In this document: positions 11,759-19,414 of the stretch, one piece after another
How positions within the stretch are numbered: the stretch's first letter is position 1
Layout of the letters: every line of letters starts with the position of its first letter
Source of the DNA: an uncultured Bacilli bacterium
GTDB taxonomy: Bacteria > Bacillota_I > Bacilli_A > RF39 > UBA660
NCBI GenBank assembly: GCA_934120265.1
Contig: CAKOTU010000003.1
Span: 1,379 to 65,378 of the forward strand
Direction: 5' to 3'
DNA length: 64,000 bases
Position numbers and translations under genes: made by a program
Notes under the pieces: model-generated
What the model was told of the DNA's origin: nothing
The model's database searches: none
The model's input: only the letters and a program-made list of their open reading frames with translations

Positions 11759-12661
11759 ATGGAATTATTTATATTTATAGCAATAGCACTAATAATAATT
11801 TTTATTTTAGTGTATAGAAAAAATTCTGGACAAAGTGCATATAAATATATAATTAACACAGTAAGTGGTGTATATAATAAATATGCTCCTTATTCATTTA
11901 AGCATGTAAGAGAAAAAGTAAAAGAATTGGGACAAGAATATACCCCAAAACAATATACAACGCAAGTATTAATATTTGCTGCGGGAGCTTTTGGAGTATC
12001 ATATTTATATTTTTATAACATAATTATTTCAATTATATATGCTCTTTTTGCTGTAGCAACAGTGCCATATCTTGCTTACTTACGTTGTAAAAGATTATAT
12101 AGTGAGTTTATATTTGAACAAGTTCAAGTATATACAACTAATACAATAATGGAATTTGCTACAACACAAAGTTTTGTTAAAGCATTAGAGGGTGTATATC
12201 AATCAGACGTTTTAGAAGATCCTTTTAAGAGTGATGTTAAAGTAATGATTGATATGGCTTATCAAAATGGTACAATTGAACAATCACTTGAATATATGAA
12301 TTCAAAGTATGATTATTATGTTATAAGAAATATGCATCAGTTATTCTTGCAAATAACTAATGAAGGTGCGAAAGATTCTAGTGAAGCTTTAGAGAATATG
12401 TCATTAGATATAGATATGCTTGTTGAAAATGTATATCGTGATAGAATTGATAGAGCAACATTCCATAAAAAGTTCTTACAATTTGGGTTTGTACTTTATT
12501 TAATGGTTATGTTAGTACAATTTTTATTAGGGGTATCAACCTATATAACGATGTTAGATCAAATAGGAATTAGGTTATTATTACATGGAATCCTAATTAT
12601 TAATACATATTTCTTACTTAATGGAGAAAAATATTATAATGAGAATGTAGGTGCTGAATAA
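11759..12661 (+). CDS. tadB: TadB-like platform protein (T2SSF-type)
   Basis: 300 aa. N-terminal TM, central cytoplasmic domain and C-terminal TM pair. Position after the ATPase. Confidence 0.55.
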   Translation: MELFIFIAIALIIIFILVYRKNSGQSAYKYIINTVSGVYNKYAPYSFKHVREKVKELGQEYTPKQYTTQVLIFAAGAFGVSYLYFYNIIISIIYALFAVATVPYLAYLRCKRLYSEFIFEQVQVYTTNTIMEFATTQSFVKALEGVYQSDVLEDPFKSDVKVMIDMAYQNGTIEQSLEYMNSKYDYYVIRNMHQLFLQITNEGAKDSSEALENMSLDIDMLVENVYRDRIDRATFHKKFLQFGFVLYLMVMLVQFLLGVSTYITMLDQIGIRLLLHGILIINTYFLLNGEKYYNENVGAE

Positions 12662-13449
12662 TGTTGATGACGTTTGTACTTATAGGAATTATTATTATCG
12701 TTATTCTCCATGTAAATAAAAAAATAGATTCTCATAGATTTATTACAGAAACTCAACCATATTTTGCATTTCTAAAAGAAGAAGATTACGAGTTTTTACT
12801 AGGTGTTAAATATGGAGATAATATTGACGTAAATAAATTATTTGGAACGAGAGTTAGAAATGCTTTAGTTGCCCTTTTAGCTGTTTTTGTTATTTTAATT
12901 AATAAAATGAATTTTATGTACTTTATTTTATGTTTAATAGCAGCATTTGCTGTGTTTAAAATGCCATATATGCAATTAAAATCATTTTATAAAAAGAACC
13001 TTTATACAATAGATTTAATGTTACCATATTACTTAAAGAGTTTGGAAATATTAATTCAACACTATACGGTTCCTGTAGCGTTACGTAGAAGTATTGCTAC
13101 TGCACCTGCAATTTTTAAAGATGGACTGGTTAAATTAGTTGAAAAAATTGAAGCTGGTGATTCATCTGTTGAACCTTATATGGATTTTGCAAAAACATAT
13201 CCAGTAAGAGATTCAATGCGTATGATGAGACTTTTATATCGTTTAGGTCTTGGTTCACAAGAGGATAAACAAGAACAATTATTAATGTTCTCTAAAACAA
13301 TATCTTCATTACAAAATAAAGCTCGTGAACAAAAATATAAAGATAGATTAGAAGGTATGGAAAAGAAAACAATGACTATGTTAATGTGTACAGGAGCAGG
13401 TATTATTGTACTTTTACTACTTTCAATGATGCAAATGATTAATATTTAA
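12661..13449 (+). CDS. tadC: TadC-like platform protein (T2SSF-type)
   Basis: 262 aa. Same topology as the tadB-like gene. Its start overlaps the upstream stop (TAATG). Confidence 0.55.
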   Translation: MLMTFVLIGIIIIVILHVNKKIDSHRFITETQPYFAFLKEEDYEFLLGVKYGDNIDVNKLFGTRVRNALVALLAVFVILINKMNFMYFILCLIAAFAVFKMPYMQLKSFYKKNLYTIDLMLPYYLKSLEILIQHYTVPVALRRSIATAPAIFKDGLVKLVEKIEAGDSSVEPYMDFAKTYPVRDSMRMMRLLYRLGLGSQEDKQEQLLMFSKTISSLQNKAREQKYKDRLEGMEKKTMTMLMCTGAGIIVLLLLSMMQMINI

Positions 13450-13478
13450 TTGTTTCATTATGAAAATTGTGTTATAAT
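13450..13478 (+). promoter_or_regulatory. Internal promoter in front of the Flp-like pilin gene
   Basis: TTGTTT (13450-13455), 17-nt spacer, TGtTATAAT extended -10 (TATAAT 13473-13478), then a strong ggagga RBS. Confidence 0.5.
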
Positions 13479-13507
13479 TAATTCGTAAGATAGAGGAGGA
13501 ATAATTT

Positions 13508-13723
13508 ATGAAAGAAGCTGCTGGAGAAGCAAATATGACTGTAATTACAATTGTTTTAATCGCTATTGTCGCTGCTGTTGCTACACCACTTGTTACTAAC
13601 ATGGTAAATAATAGTGCAGATAAAGCATGTTGTAATAGTTTAGGTGGATATGTAGAAGGAAGTACTTGTATAATTAAAGGTGGAAATAAACAAGTTAGTG
13701 GTCTACGTAGTCAATGTAAGTAA
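13508..13723 (+). CDS. Flp-like small pilin candidate (Cys-rich)
   Basis: 71 aa. Short charged leader MKEAAG, then EANMT plus a hydrophobic helix (VITIVLIAIVAAVATPLV), comparable to the Flp G/xxxxEY class. Five Cys in the C-terminal half. Confidence 0.45.
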   Translation: MKEAAGEANMTVITIVLIAIVAAVATPLVTNMVNNSADKACCNSLGGYVEGSTCIIKGGNKQVSGLRSQCK

Positions 13724-13757
13724 AAAATTTATAAGTAAGCTTTAAGGAGATATTGCT

Positions 13758-14192
13758 ATGAAGGAAAGTATTAGTTATACATTTTTGTTAGATATAATTA
13801 TAGTTTTTATAGCTATATCTTTTTTTGCTATTATAAGTATTATGAGTTATAGTAAGGCTTATCGTGTTAATAGTAAGATTGTTAATGCTATTGAAATAAA
13901 TGAGGGATACAATAAGTATGCCACTGAGAAGATAGAACAAACAATAACTAGTTATGGATATCAAAGAATATCCAAGGTTTGTCCAAAAAAAGATGGACAA
14001 GCTGCTATTAACACAGATACTAATAATAGAACTAGTGATGGTGTTTGTATTTATATGTTTGATAAAACTAAAGAAGATGGAACATATTGGTATGGTGTTT
14101 TAACTTATATGAGTTATGATTTTCCTATCATTGGTAATTTAATTAGAATACCAGTTTATACAAAGACTATGACTATGCATTATATGGGATAG
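13758..14192 (+). CDS. TadE/TadF-like pseudopilin candidate (paralog 1)
   Basis: 144 aa. N-terminal hydrophobic helix. Shares blocks with 14203-14634 (IIIVF, SYSKAYRVNSKIV, VCIYMFD, PIIGNLIRIPV). Confidence 0.4.
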   Translation: MKESISYTFLLDIIIVFIAISFFAIISIMSYSKAYRVNSKIVNAIEINEGYNKYATEKIEQTITSYGYQRISKVCPKKDGQAAINTDTNNRTSDGVCIYMFDKTKEDGTYWYGVLTYMSYDFPIIGNLIRIPVYTKTMTMHYMG

Positions 14193-14202
14193 AAGGTGTA
14201 AT

Positions 14203-14634
14203 ATGAAGGCTGCTACTGGAAATGCAATGTTAATGAATATAATTATCGTTTTTCTTGTTATCGTAATGGCTTTACTTGTTACATCTATAAGTTATACTAA
14301 GGCATTTCGTATTAAAAATAGAATTGTTGATATAATTGAGTATTACGATGGTAATTTCGATGATGCTGGAACTAAAACTAATATAACTAATGAAATTAAT
14401 AATAGTTTGAGTAGCGTTGGATATAGATTAAGTGGTTCTAACAAATGTAAAGTAATAGATAATAAAAAAGCAATTCAATTGGATTCTAATTATCAAGTGT
14501 GTATATATGAATATGATAATTCTACTAGAGGAAAATATTATAAAGTTATCGCTTATATGTATTTTGATGTACCTGTAGTAGGAGGTATTTTAAATATTCC
14601 TGTTAGTGGAGAGACAAAAGTATTTTACGATTAA
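14203..14634 (+). CDS. TadE/TadF-like pseudopilin candidate (paralog 2)
   Basis: 143 aa. Leader MKAATG-NAMLMN resembles that of the Flp-like gene. Paralogous blocks SYTKAFRIKNRIV, VCIYEYD, PVVGGILNIPV. Confidence 0.4.
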   Translation: MKAATGNAMLMNIIIVFLVIVMALLVTSISYTKAFRIKNRIVDIIEYYDGNFDDAGTKTNITNEINNSLSSVGYRLSGSNKCKVIDNKKAIQLDSNYQVCIYEYDNSTRGKYYKVIAYMYFDVPVVGGILNIPVSGETKVFYD

Positions 14635-14645
14635 GGAGGTAAAAC

Positions 14646-15617
14646 ATGAATGTTATTGTAGCAAACAAATATAAAGAAATGCTATCGAATTTAGATATTG
14701 AAGTAATAAGAAGAATTGATGGTGTATTTCCTGCAGATGAAATAATAAAAGAGTTTCAAAATTTCTTTTTCAATAAAATGATTCTTGATATAACTGCTAT
14801 AGAAGATTATCAAGATATAAAAAACATTCAAAAATTATCTATTGCTCTTGATATGAGTAAAGTAATATTACTTTTAGATAATAACCCAGCAACAACAAAT
14901 CCACAATATTTATCTAGATTAATATCAATGGGAATATATAATTTTACTACTAATCAAGAAGGTTTAATGTATTTGTACAATAATCCAAATAGTTATCGAG
15001 ATGTTGCACAGTATCAACAATTTGAACAAGCCGCTGTTGACGGTCAACCTAAAGAAAGAATTATAACTAGGTATGAGACTGTTGCACAAGCTCCTGTTCA
15101 ATATGGACCTAAGATTATAGGTATTAAAAGTGTTACACAACATTCTGGAGCAACAACATTAACATATATGATGTATAAACAATTAAAACAAAATTATCAA
15201 GTGTTGCCAATTGAAATTGATAAAAGAGATTTTGTTTATTACAATGATAAAGAAATGATTTCAATAGATGGCAATCTTTTATCTAAGGTTATAAATGAAA
15301 ATATGAATAAAGAAGCTATTATTATTGATATCAATAATAACGCTTCAGCAGAAACTATGTGTCAACAAGTTCTATATTTGGTAGAGCCATCTATCATTAA
15401 ATTAAATAAACTTGTTATGACAAGACCTGCGGTATTAAATGAATTAAGAAATAAAACGGTTATTTTAAACCCTAGCATGTTGAGTGAGAGGGACATAGAT
15501 GATTTTGAATATGAATCTAAATTAAAAGTATTCTTTAATATGCCACCAATCGATGATCATAAAAGAAGTGATGTATTAAATGAATTGTTGCAAAAACTTG
15601 GATTTAGCAGACAATAA
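14646..15617 (+). CDS. tadZ: TadZ/CpaE-like protein (receiver-like N-domain plus degenerate ParA/MinD-like domain)
   Basis: 323 aa. N-terminal alpha/beta receiver-like region, then IIGIKSVTQHSGATTLTYMMY where a deviant Walker A (KGGxGKT) would be expected. The Lys residues are missing. Confidence 0.5.
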   Translation: MNVIVANKYKEMLSNLDIEVIRRIDGVFPADEIIKEFQNFFFNKMILDITAIEDYQDIKNIQKLSIALDMSKVILLLDNNPATTNPQYLSRLISMGIYNFTTNQEGLMYLYNNPNSYRDVAQYQQFEQAAVDGQPKERIITRYETVAQAPVQYGPKIIGIKSVTQHSGATTLTYMMYKQLKQNYQVLPIEIDKRDFVYYNDKEMISIDGNLLSKVINENMNKEAIIIDINNNASAETMCQQVLYLVEPSIIKLNKLVMTRPAVLNELRNKTVILNPSMLSERDIDDFEYESKLKVFFNMPPIDDHKRSDVLNELLQKLGFSRQ

Positions 15618-15630
15618 AATGTAAATAGTA

Positions 15631-15659
15631 TTGACAAAATATAACAAATAAAGTATTAT
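15631..15659 (+). promoter_or_regulatory. Promoter upstream of the tandem VirB2-like genes
   Basis: TTGACA (15631-15636), 17-nt spacer, TATTAT (15654-15659), followed by a gaggaggg RBS. Confidence 0.55.
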
Positions 15660-15684
15660 TTAGTTAGTAGAGGAGGGCATAAGT

Positions 15685-16041
15685 ATGTTTATATTAGAAG
15701 ATGTAGTTTGTGGTGGTGGAATTCTTACTATGGATAGAATAATTCCAGACATGACAAGCTTAATTGTAACTTTAATTAAAATAGGAATTCCTGTATTATT
15801 GATTGTATTTGGAATGTTAGATTTAGGAAAAGCTGTAATGGCACAAAAAGAAGATGAAATAAAGAAATCACAACAAATGTTCTTTAAAAGAATCTTATCA
15901 GCAGCATTAGTATTCTTTGTAATTGTTATCGTACAATTAGTATTTAATTTAGTTGCAAAAGATCAAAATGTTTGGGATTGTGTTAGCTGCTTTGTAAGTG
16001 GTGTAGCAGAAGATCATAAAGCAAATTCTTGTAGAAAGTAG
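15685..16041 (+). CDS. VirB2/TrbC-like two-helix hairpin protein (pilin-like), small paralog 1
   Basis: 118 aa. VVCGGG motif, TM1 (LIKIGIPVLLIVFGML), basic loop (DLGKAVMAQKEDEIKKSQQMFFKR), TM2, then WDCVSCF. Position directly before the VirB6-like gene. Confidence 0.5.
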   Translation: MFILEDVVCGGGILTMDRIIPDMTSLIVTLIKIGIPVLLIVFGMLDLGKAVMAQKEDEIKKSQQMFFKRILSAALVFFVIVIVQLVFNLVAKDQNVWDCVSCFVSGVAEDHKANSCRK

Positions 16042-16051
16042 GTAATATTTG

Positions 16052-16387
16052 ATGACTTTAGCTACTTACGTAGGTTGTGGTGGAATAATACCACATATGA
16101 ATTCAACTATTCCTCGTTTAACAAGTTTAGTTGTCGATTTAATTAAAATTGGAGTTCCAGTATTATTGATTATATTTGGAATGTTAGACTTAGGAAAAGC
16201 TGTAATGGCACAAAAAGAAGACGAAATAAAGAAATCACAGCAAATGTTCTTCAAGAGACTTTTATCAGCGGCATTAGTATTCTTTGTGTTTGTAATTGTT
16301 GAATTAGTATTCAATATAGTTGCAAGAGATGAAAAAGCTGGTATTTGGAATTGTGTTAATTGCTTTATAAACAACCAATGTTCATAA
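16052..16387 (+). CDS. VirB2/TrbC-like two-helix hairpin protein (pilin-like), small paralog 2
   Basis: ATG 16052. Core almost identical to paralog 1 (LIKIGVPVLLIIFGMLDLGKAVMAQKEDEIKKSQQMFFKR), ending WNCVNCF. Confidence 0.5.
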   Translation: MTLATYVGCGGIIPHMNSTIPRLTSLVVDLIKIGVPVLLIIFGMLDLGKAVMAQKEDEIKKSQQMFFKRLLSAALVFFVFVIVELVFNIVARDEKAGIWNCVNCFINNQCS

Positions 16388-16407
16388 AACATAATAAAAT
16401 GCTAAAA

Positions 16408-16440
16408 AATAATAAATTCTTATTTATTATTTTTTTTTTA
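16408..16440 (+). terminator. AT-only hairpin terminator or attenuator after the pilin-like pair
   Basis: aataataaat-tctt-atttattatt followed by a run of 9 T. The stem is all A/T, so strength is uncertain. Confidence 0.4.
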
Positions 16441-16516
16441 TGTGATATACTGTACTTAGTATAAGTGTGAGTAGCTTTTTGCGTGCTTTAATAACTTGTG
16501 AAAGGGTGTTTATTTA

Positions 16517-18553
16517 ATGGTATCATTGTTATTCTTGTTTATTAAACAATTATTTTCTTTTATTGATAAAATGGTTATTTTTGTTATAAAATATTTATAT
16601 CAATTAATTGTTGCAATTGCAGATACAAATGTTTTTGGTAATTTAATTTATGATTATTTGGGAAGAATTTATATGTTCTTGTCAGTTTTTATGGTATTTA
16701 AGTTGTCAATATCAATTATAAATTATGTTATAAATCCAGATGCACTTTCTGATAAGAGTAAAGGGTTTGGTAAATTAATAACAAATGTAGTTATCTCTTT
16801 GATATTGTTAGCAATAACACCTAACTTATTTAACATGGCTTTTAACTTACAAACAGATATTTTGAATAGTAATGCAATCTATCAAATTATTACGGGTAAA
16901 AAATTAGCGACTGTAACTAAAAAAAACAATGAAAAGACATTAACATTATATGAAAACGCAAGAGCTAGTGCAGAACAAATTGCTTTTGGAGTTTATAGTG
17001 GTTTCGTTTATCAAGTAGAAGGTGAAGATAGTGACGATCCTTCTAAAACAGGAGACGCATTTGGTGCGTATTGCGAAGAAAAAGATGTTGCAAATGGTTG
17101 CGGAAAAACAGTTAACGGAAAGTTTGTTGAGCATGTTTGTGGGAATACAACATGTTTACTTGATGGCGATACAGTAACTAATTCAAATAATAAGTACTGG
17201 TGGTTGATTTCAACTGCTTGTGGATGTGTAGTGGTATACATTCTTTTAGGATTCTGTATTGATACAGCAGTTCGTAGTGTAAAATTAGGATTCTTACAAA
17301 TAATTGCTCCTATTCCAATTATGCTTAGAATGGATCCAAGTGGTAAAGATGATAAATTTCAAAAGTGGTTACAAGAAACTATAAAAACTTTTATAAGTTT
17401 ATTTATAAGATTAGCTGCTTTATTCTTTGCAACAGAAATAATAAGAACAGTAATGACTCCAAACAATGGGACTATGACTTCCTATGCTGGTGCTACTCAA
17501 GTTGGTGGTGGAGGACTAACTGGAGTCTTTGTACAAGTGTTTATCGTAATAGGCTGTTTATTATTTGCTAAACAATTCCCACAACTACTTAGTGATATAT
17601 TAGGAATTAAATTAGATGGTGATGGATTTAGCCTTAAGAAGAAAATGGGAGGTATTCCTGGTTTAGGTGCTGCTAAGGTGATAGGCGCTGGAGCTCTAGG
17701 CTTTGCTGGTGGAGCTGCAGCTAACGCTTATGCTGGAATTAAAGGTTGGGATAAAACAAAAGGTTTTTGGAGTAATGCCAATCGTTTAGGTAATAGTATG
17801 GCTACAGGAGCATTTAGTGGTGCTTTCAGAGGTGCTAGATCAAATGAAAAAAATATGTTTAAAGCAGCTGGTGCTGGAGTAAAAGGCTCTGTTGATGCTA
17901 GAAACTTAAGAGCTGAAAGAAATGCAACTGGCGATGGTGGAATAAAAGGCTGGGGTTCTAGACGTATTGCTGGACTTGATAAATTTGCAGGTGTGACAAA
18001 TGATGATACTGCAAAAATAGCTGCACAAAGACAATTTGGTGAGGACTTATGGAACAAAGTTAATTCTAAAGCGAAAGGATACGAATCAAAATATTCTATG
18101 GGCGGTAATATAGGTTCTGATTTTGGTAAAGCATGGAAGACGGCTGATGATGCCAAAGATTATAGAAATAAAATTAATTCACAATTAAGCATGGCTAGAA
18201 GTGATTTTCAGGCTGGAAAAGAAATAAGCTGGGGTGATAAAAAAGGAGCTGCTGCAATAGCTGCTTTAGAGGTAGAAAGTGCTAAAGCATCAGCTGCATA
18301 CGATAAGGCATCAGCCGACTTTAAAGAATTAAGAAGTATGCAGGAACATAAAACTGAGGCTACATATTATGATGCTTATAACGCTGCAGATGATAGACAC
18401 AGTGCTGAAAGCTACGCTAACAAGACGGTTACTGAATACTCATCATCAGACTCTCCTGCTTCAGCTCCTCAACATGGTCCTAATGGCAAAGGTGATCCTG
18501 TTGCTGGAAGACCAAATCCTAATACAAGTCGAAAAAAACAAAGAAGAAGATAA
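16517..18553 (+). CDS. VirB6/TrbL-like polytopic membrane protein with long Gly/Ala-rich C-terminal extension
   Basis: 678 aa. Multiple TM helices over the first 370 aa or so. Placed between the pilin-like genes and VirB3/VirB4. C-terminal 300 aa or so is G/A/K-rich low complexity. Confidence 0.6.
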   Translation: MVSLLFLFIKQLFSFIDKMVIFVIKYLYQLIVAIADTNVFGNLIYDYLGRIYMFLSVFMVFKLSISIINYVINPDALSDKSKGFGKLITNVVISLILLAITPNLFNMAFNLQTDILNSNAIYQIITGKKLATVTKKNNEKTLTLYENARASAEQIAFGVYSGFVYQVEGEDSDDPSKTGDAFGAYCEEKDVANGCGKTVNGKFVEHVCGNTTCLLDGDTVTNSNNKYWWLISTACGCVVVYILLGFCIDTAVRSVKLGFLQIIAPIPIMLRMDPSGKDDKFQKWLQETIKTFISLFIRLAALFFATEIIRTVMTPNNGTMTSYAGATQVGGGGLTGVFVQVFIVIGCLLFAKQFPQLLSDILGIKLDGDGFSLKKKMGGIPGLGAAKVIGAGALGFAGGAAANAYAGIKGWDKTKGFWSNANRLGNSMATGAFSGAFRGARSNEKNMFKAAGAGVKGSVDARNLRAERNATGDGGIKGWGSRRIAGLDKFAGVTNDDTAKIAAQRQFGEDLWNKVNSKAKGYESKYSMGGNIGSDFGKAWKTADDAKDYRNKINSQLSMARSDFQAGKEISWGDKKGAAAIAALEVESAKASAAYDKASADFKELRSMQEHKTEATYYDAYNAADDRHSAESYANKTVTEYSSSDSPASAPQHGPNGKGDPVAGRPNPNTSRKKQRRR

Positions 18554-18570
18554 AAAGGGTGTGATAATAA

Positions 18571-18891
18571 ATGAATCAATTTTTGATACCAGCAAACTCA
18601 AAGAAGTCAATGTTAATCTTTGGTTTGTTCAATGTAACTGATTTGATAATATTTGGAACTGGGATAGCGGTAACATTAATTTTGTTACCGATTCTCCCTA
18701 TTAGTAATTGGTTGTTTGCAACGATCGCTGTGGCACCTGCTGCAGTAACAGGATTTCTTGTATTTCCTATTGCAAATTATCATAATGTAAGAACTTTTAT
18801 TAAATCAATGTGGAATTTCTACACTAGTAGAAGAGTTTATTATTGGAAAGGTTGGTGTTTTAGCAATGGCGAAGAAAAAGCCGATAAGTAG
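18571..18891 (+). CDS. VirB3/PrgI-like small membrane protein
   Basis: 106 aa with two TM helices, immediately upstream of and overlapping the VirB4 N-terminal ORF. This is the typical Gram-positive T4SS arrangement. Confidence 0.5.
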   Translation: MNQFLIPANSKKSMLIFGLFNVTDLIIFGTGIAVTLILLPILPISNWLFATIAVAPAAVTGFLVFPIANYHNVRTFIKSMWNFYTSRRVYYWKGWCFSNGEEKADK

Positions 18892-19414
18892 ATATACTGT
18901 TGATAATATTCCTATCAAGAGTATAACGAATGGAGTTATTATTTTAAATAACAATTTAAAAGTTACAGGGATTAAGATAATGCCTAGAAATATTTTTATC
19001 TTAGATCAAGATATGCAAGATAGTATTATATCTAATTTAAAGAATGTATATAATATGATTGATTATGAATTTTGGGTTATAGCTGCTGATAGACCAGTAG
19101 ATATAAATGTTTATTTATCACAATTACAACTTTTATATAACAATGTTCAAGACAATGCTAGAAGAAAATTAATTGTAGATGATATTAATAAAGCTAATAT
19201 GTTTATGAGCAATAATGTTGTTGATACTGAATACTACTTATTGTTTAAAGAAAAGGATTCAGAGTTAATTCAAAAGAGAATTCGTACATTGATTAATAGT
19301 TTTGCTGGTGCAGGGTTAACTTGCAGGCAAACAACAAATGATGATTTAAGAATTATTCTTGATAATTTCTTAAATGGTGGACAAACTACTACGTTTGGGA
19401 CGGTGATGAGTTAA
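18866..19414 (+). CDS. VirB4-family ATPase, N-terminal domain encoded as a separate ORF
   Basis: 182 aa. The PIKSITNGVIILNN…IKIMPRNIFIL pattern matches the N-terminal domain of Gram-positive VirB4 (PrgJ/TcpF-type). The stop overlaps the next start (TAATG). Confidence 0.6.
   Translation: MAKKKPISRYTVDNIPIKSITNGVIILNNNLKVTGIKIMPRNIFILDQDMQDSIISNLKNVYNMIDYEFWVIAADRPVDINVYLSQLQLLYNNVQDNARRKLIVDDINKANMFMSNNVVDTEYYLLFKEKDSELIQKRIRTLINSFAGAGLTCRQTTNDDLRIILDNFLNGGQTTTFGTVMS

Noticed and set aside
16066-16392. 108-aa minus-strand ORF antisense to the second VirB2-like gene
   Set aside because: The + strand ORF has a clear paralog next door with the same frame and motifs. The antisense frame has no support.
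17728-18156. 142-aa minus-strand ORF, plus 16946-17134, 17011-17241 and 17365-17571, inside the VirB6-like gene
   Set aside because: These are antisense or alternate-frame ORFs generated by the Gly/Ala-rich codon bias (GCT/GGT) of the true frame. None has translation signals.
18369-18641. 90-aa + strand ORF bridging the end of the VirB6-like gene and the start of the VirB3-like gene
   Set aside because: It is an alternate frame overlapping two better-supported ORFs, with no RBS and an implausible composition.
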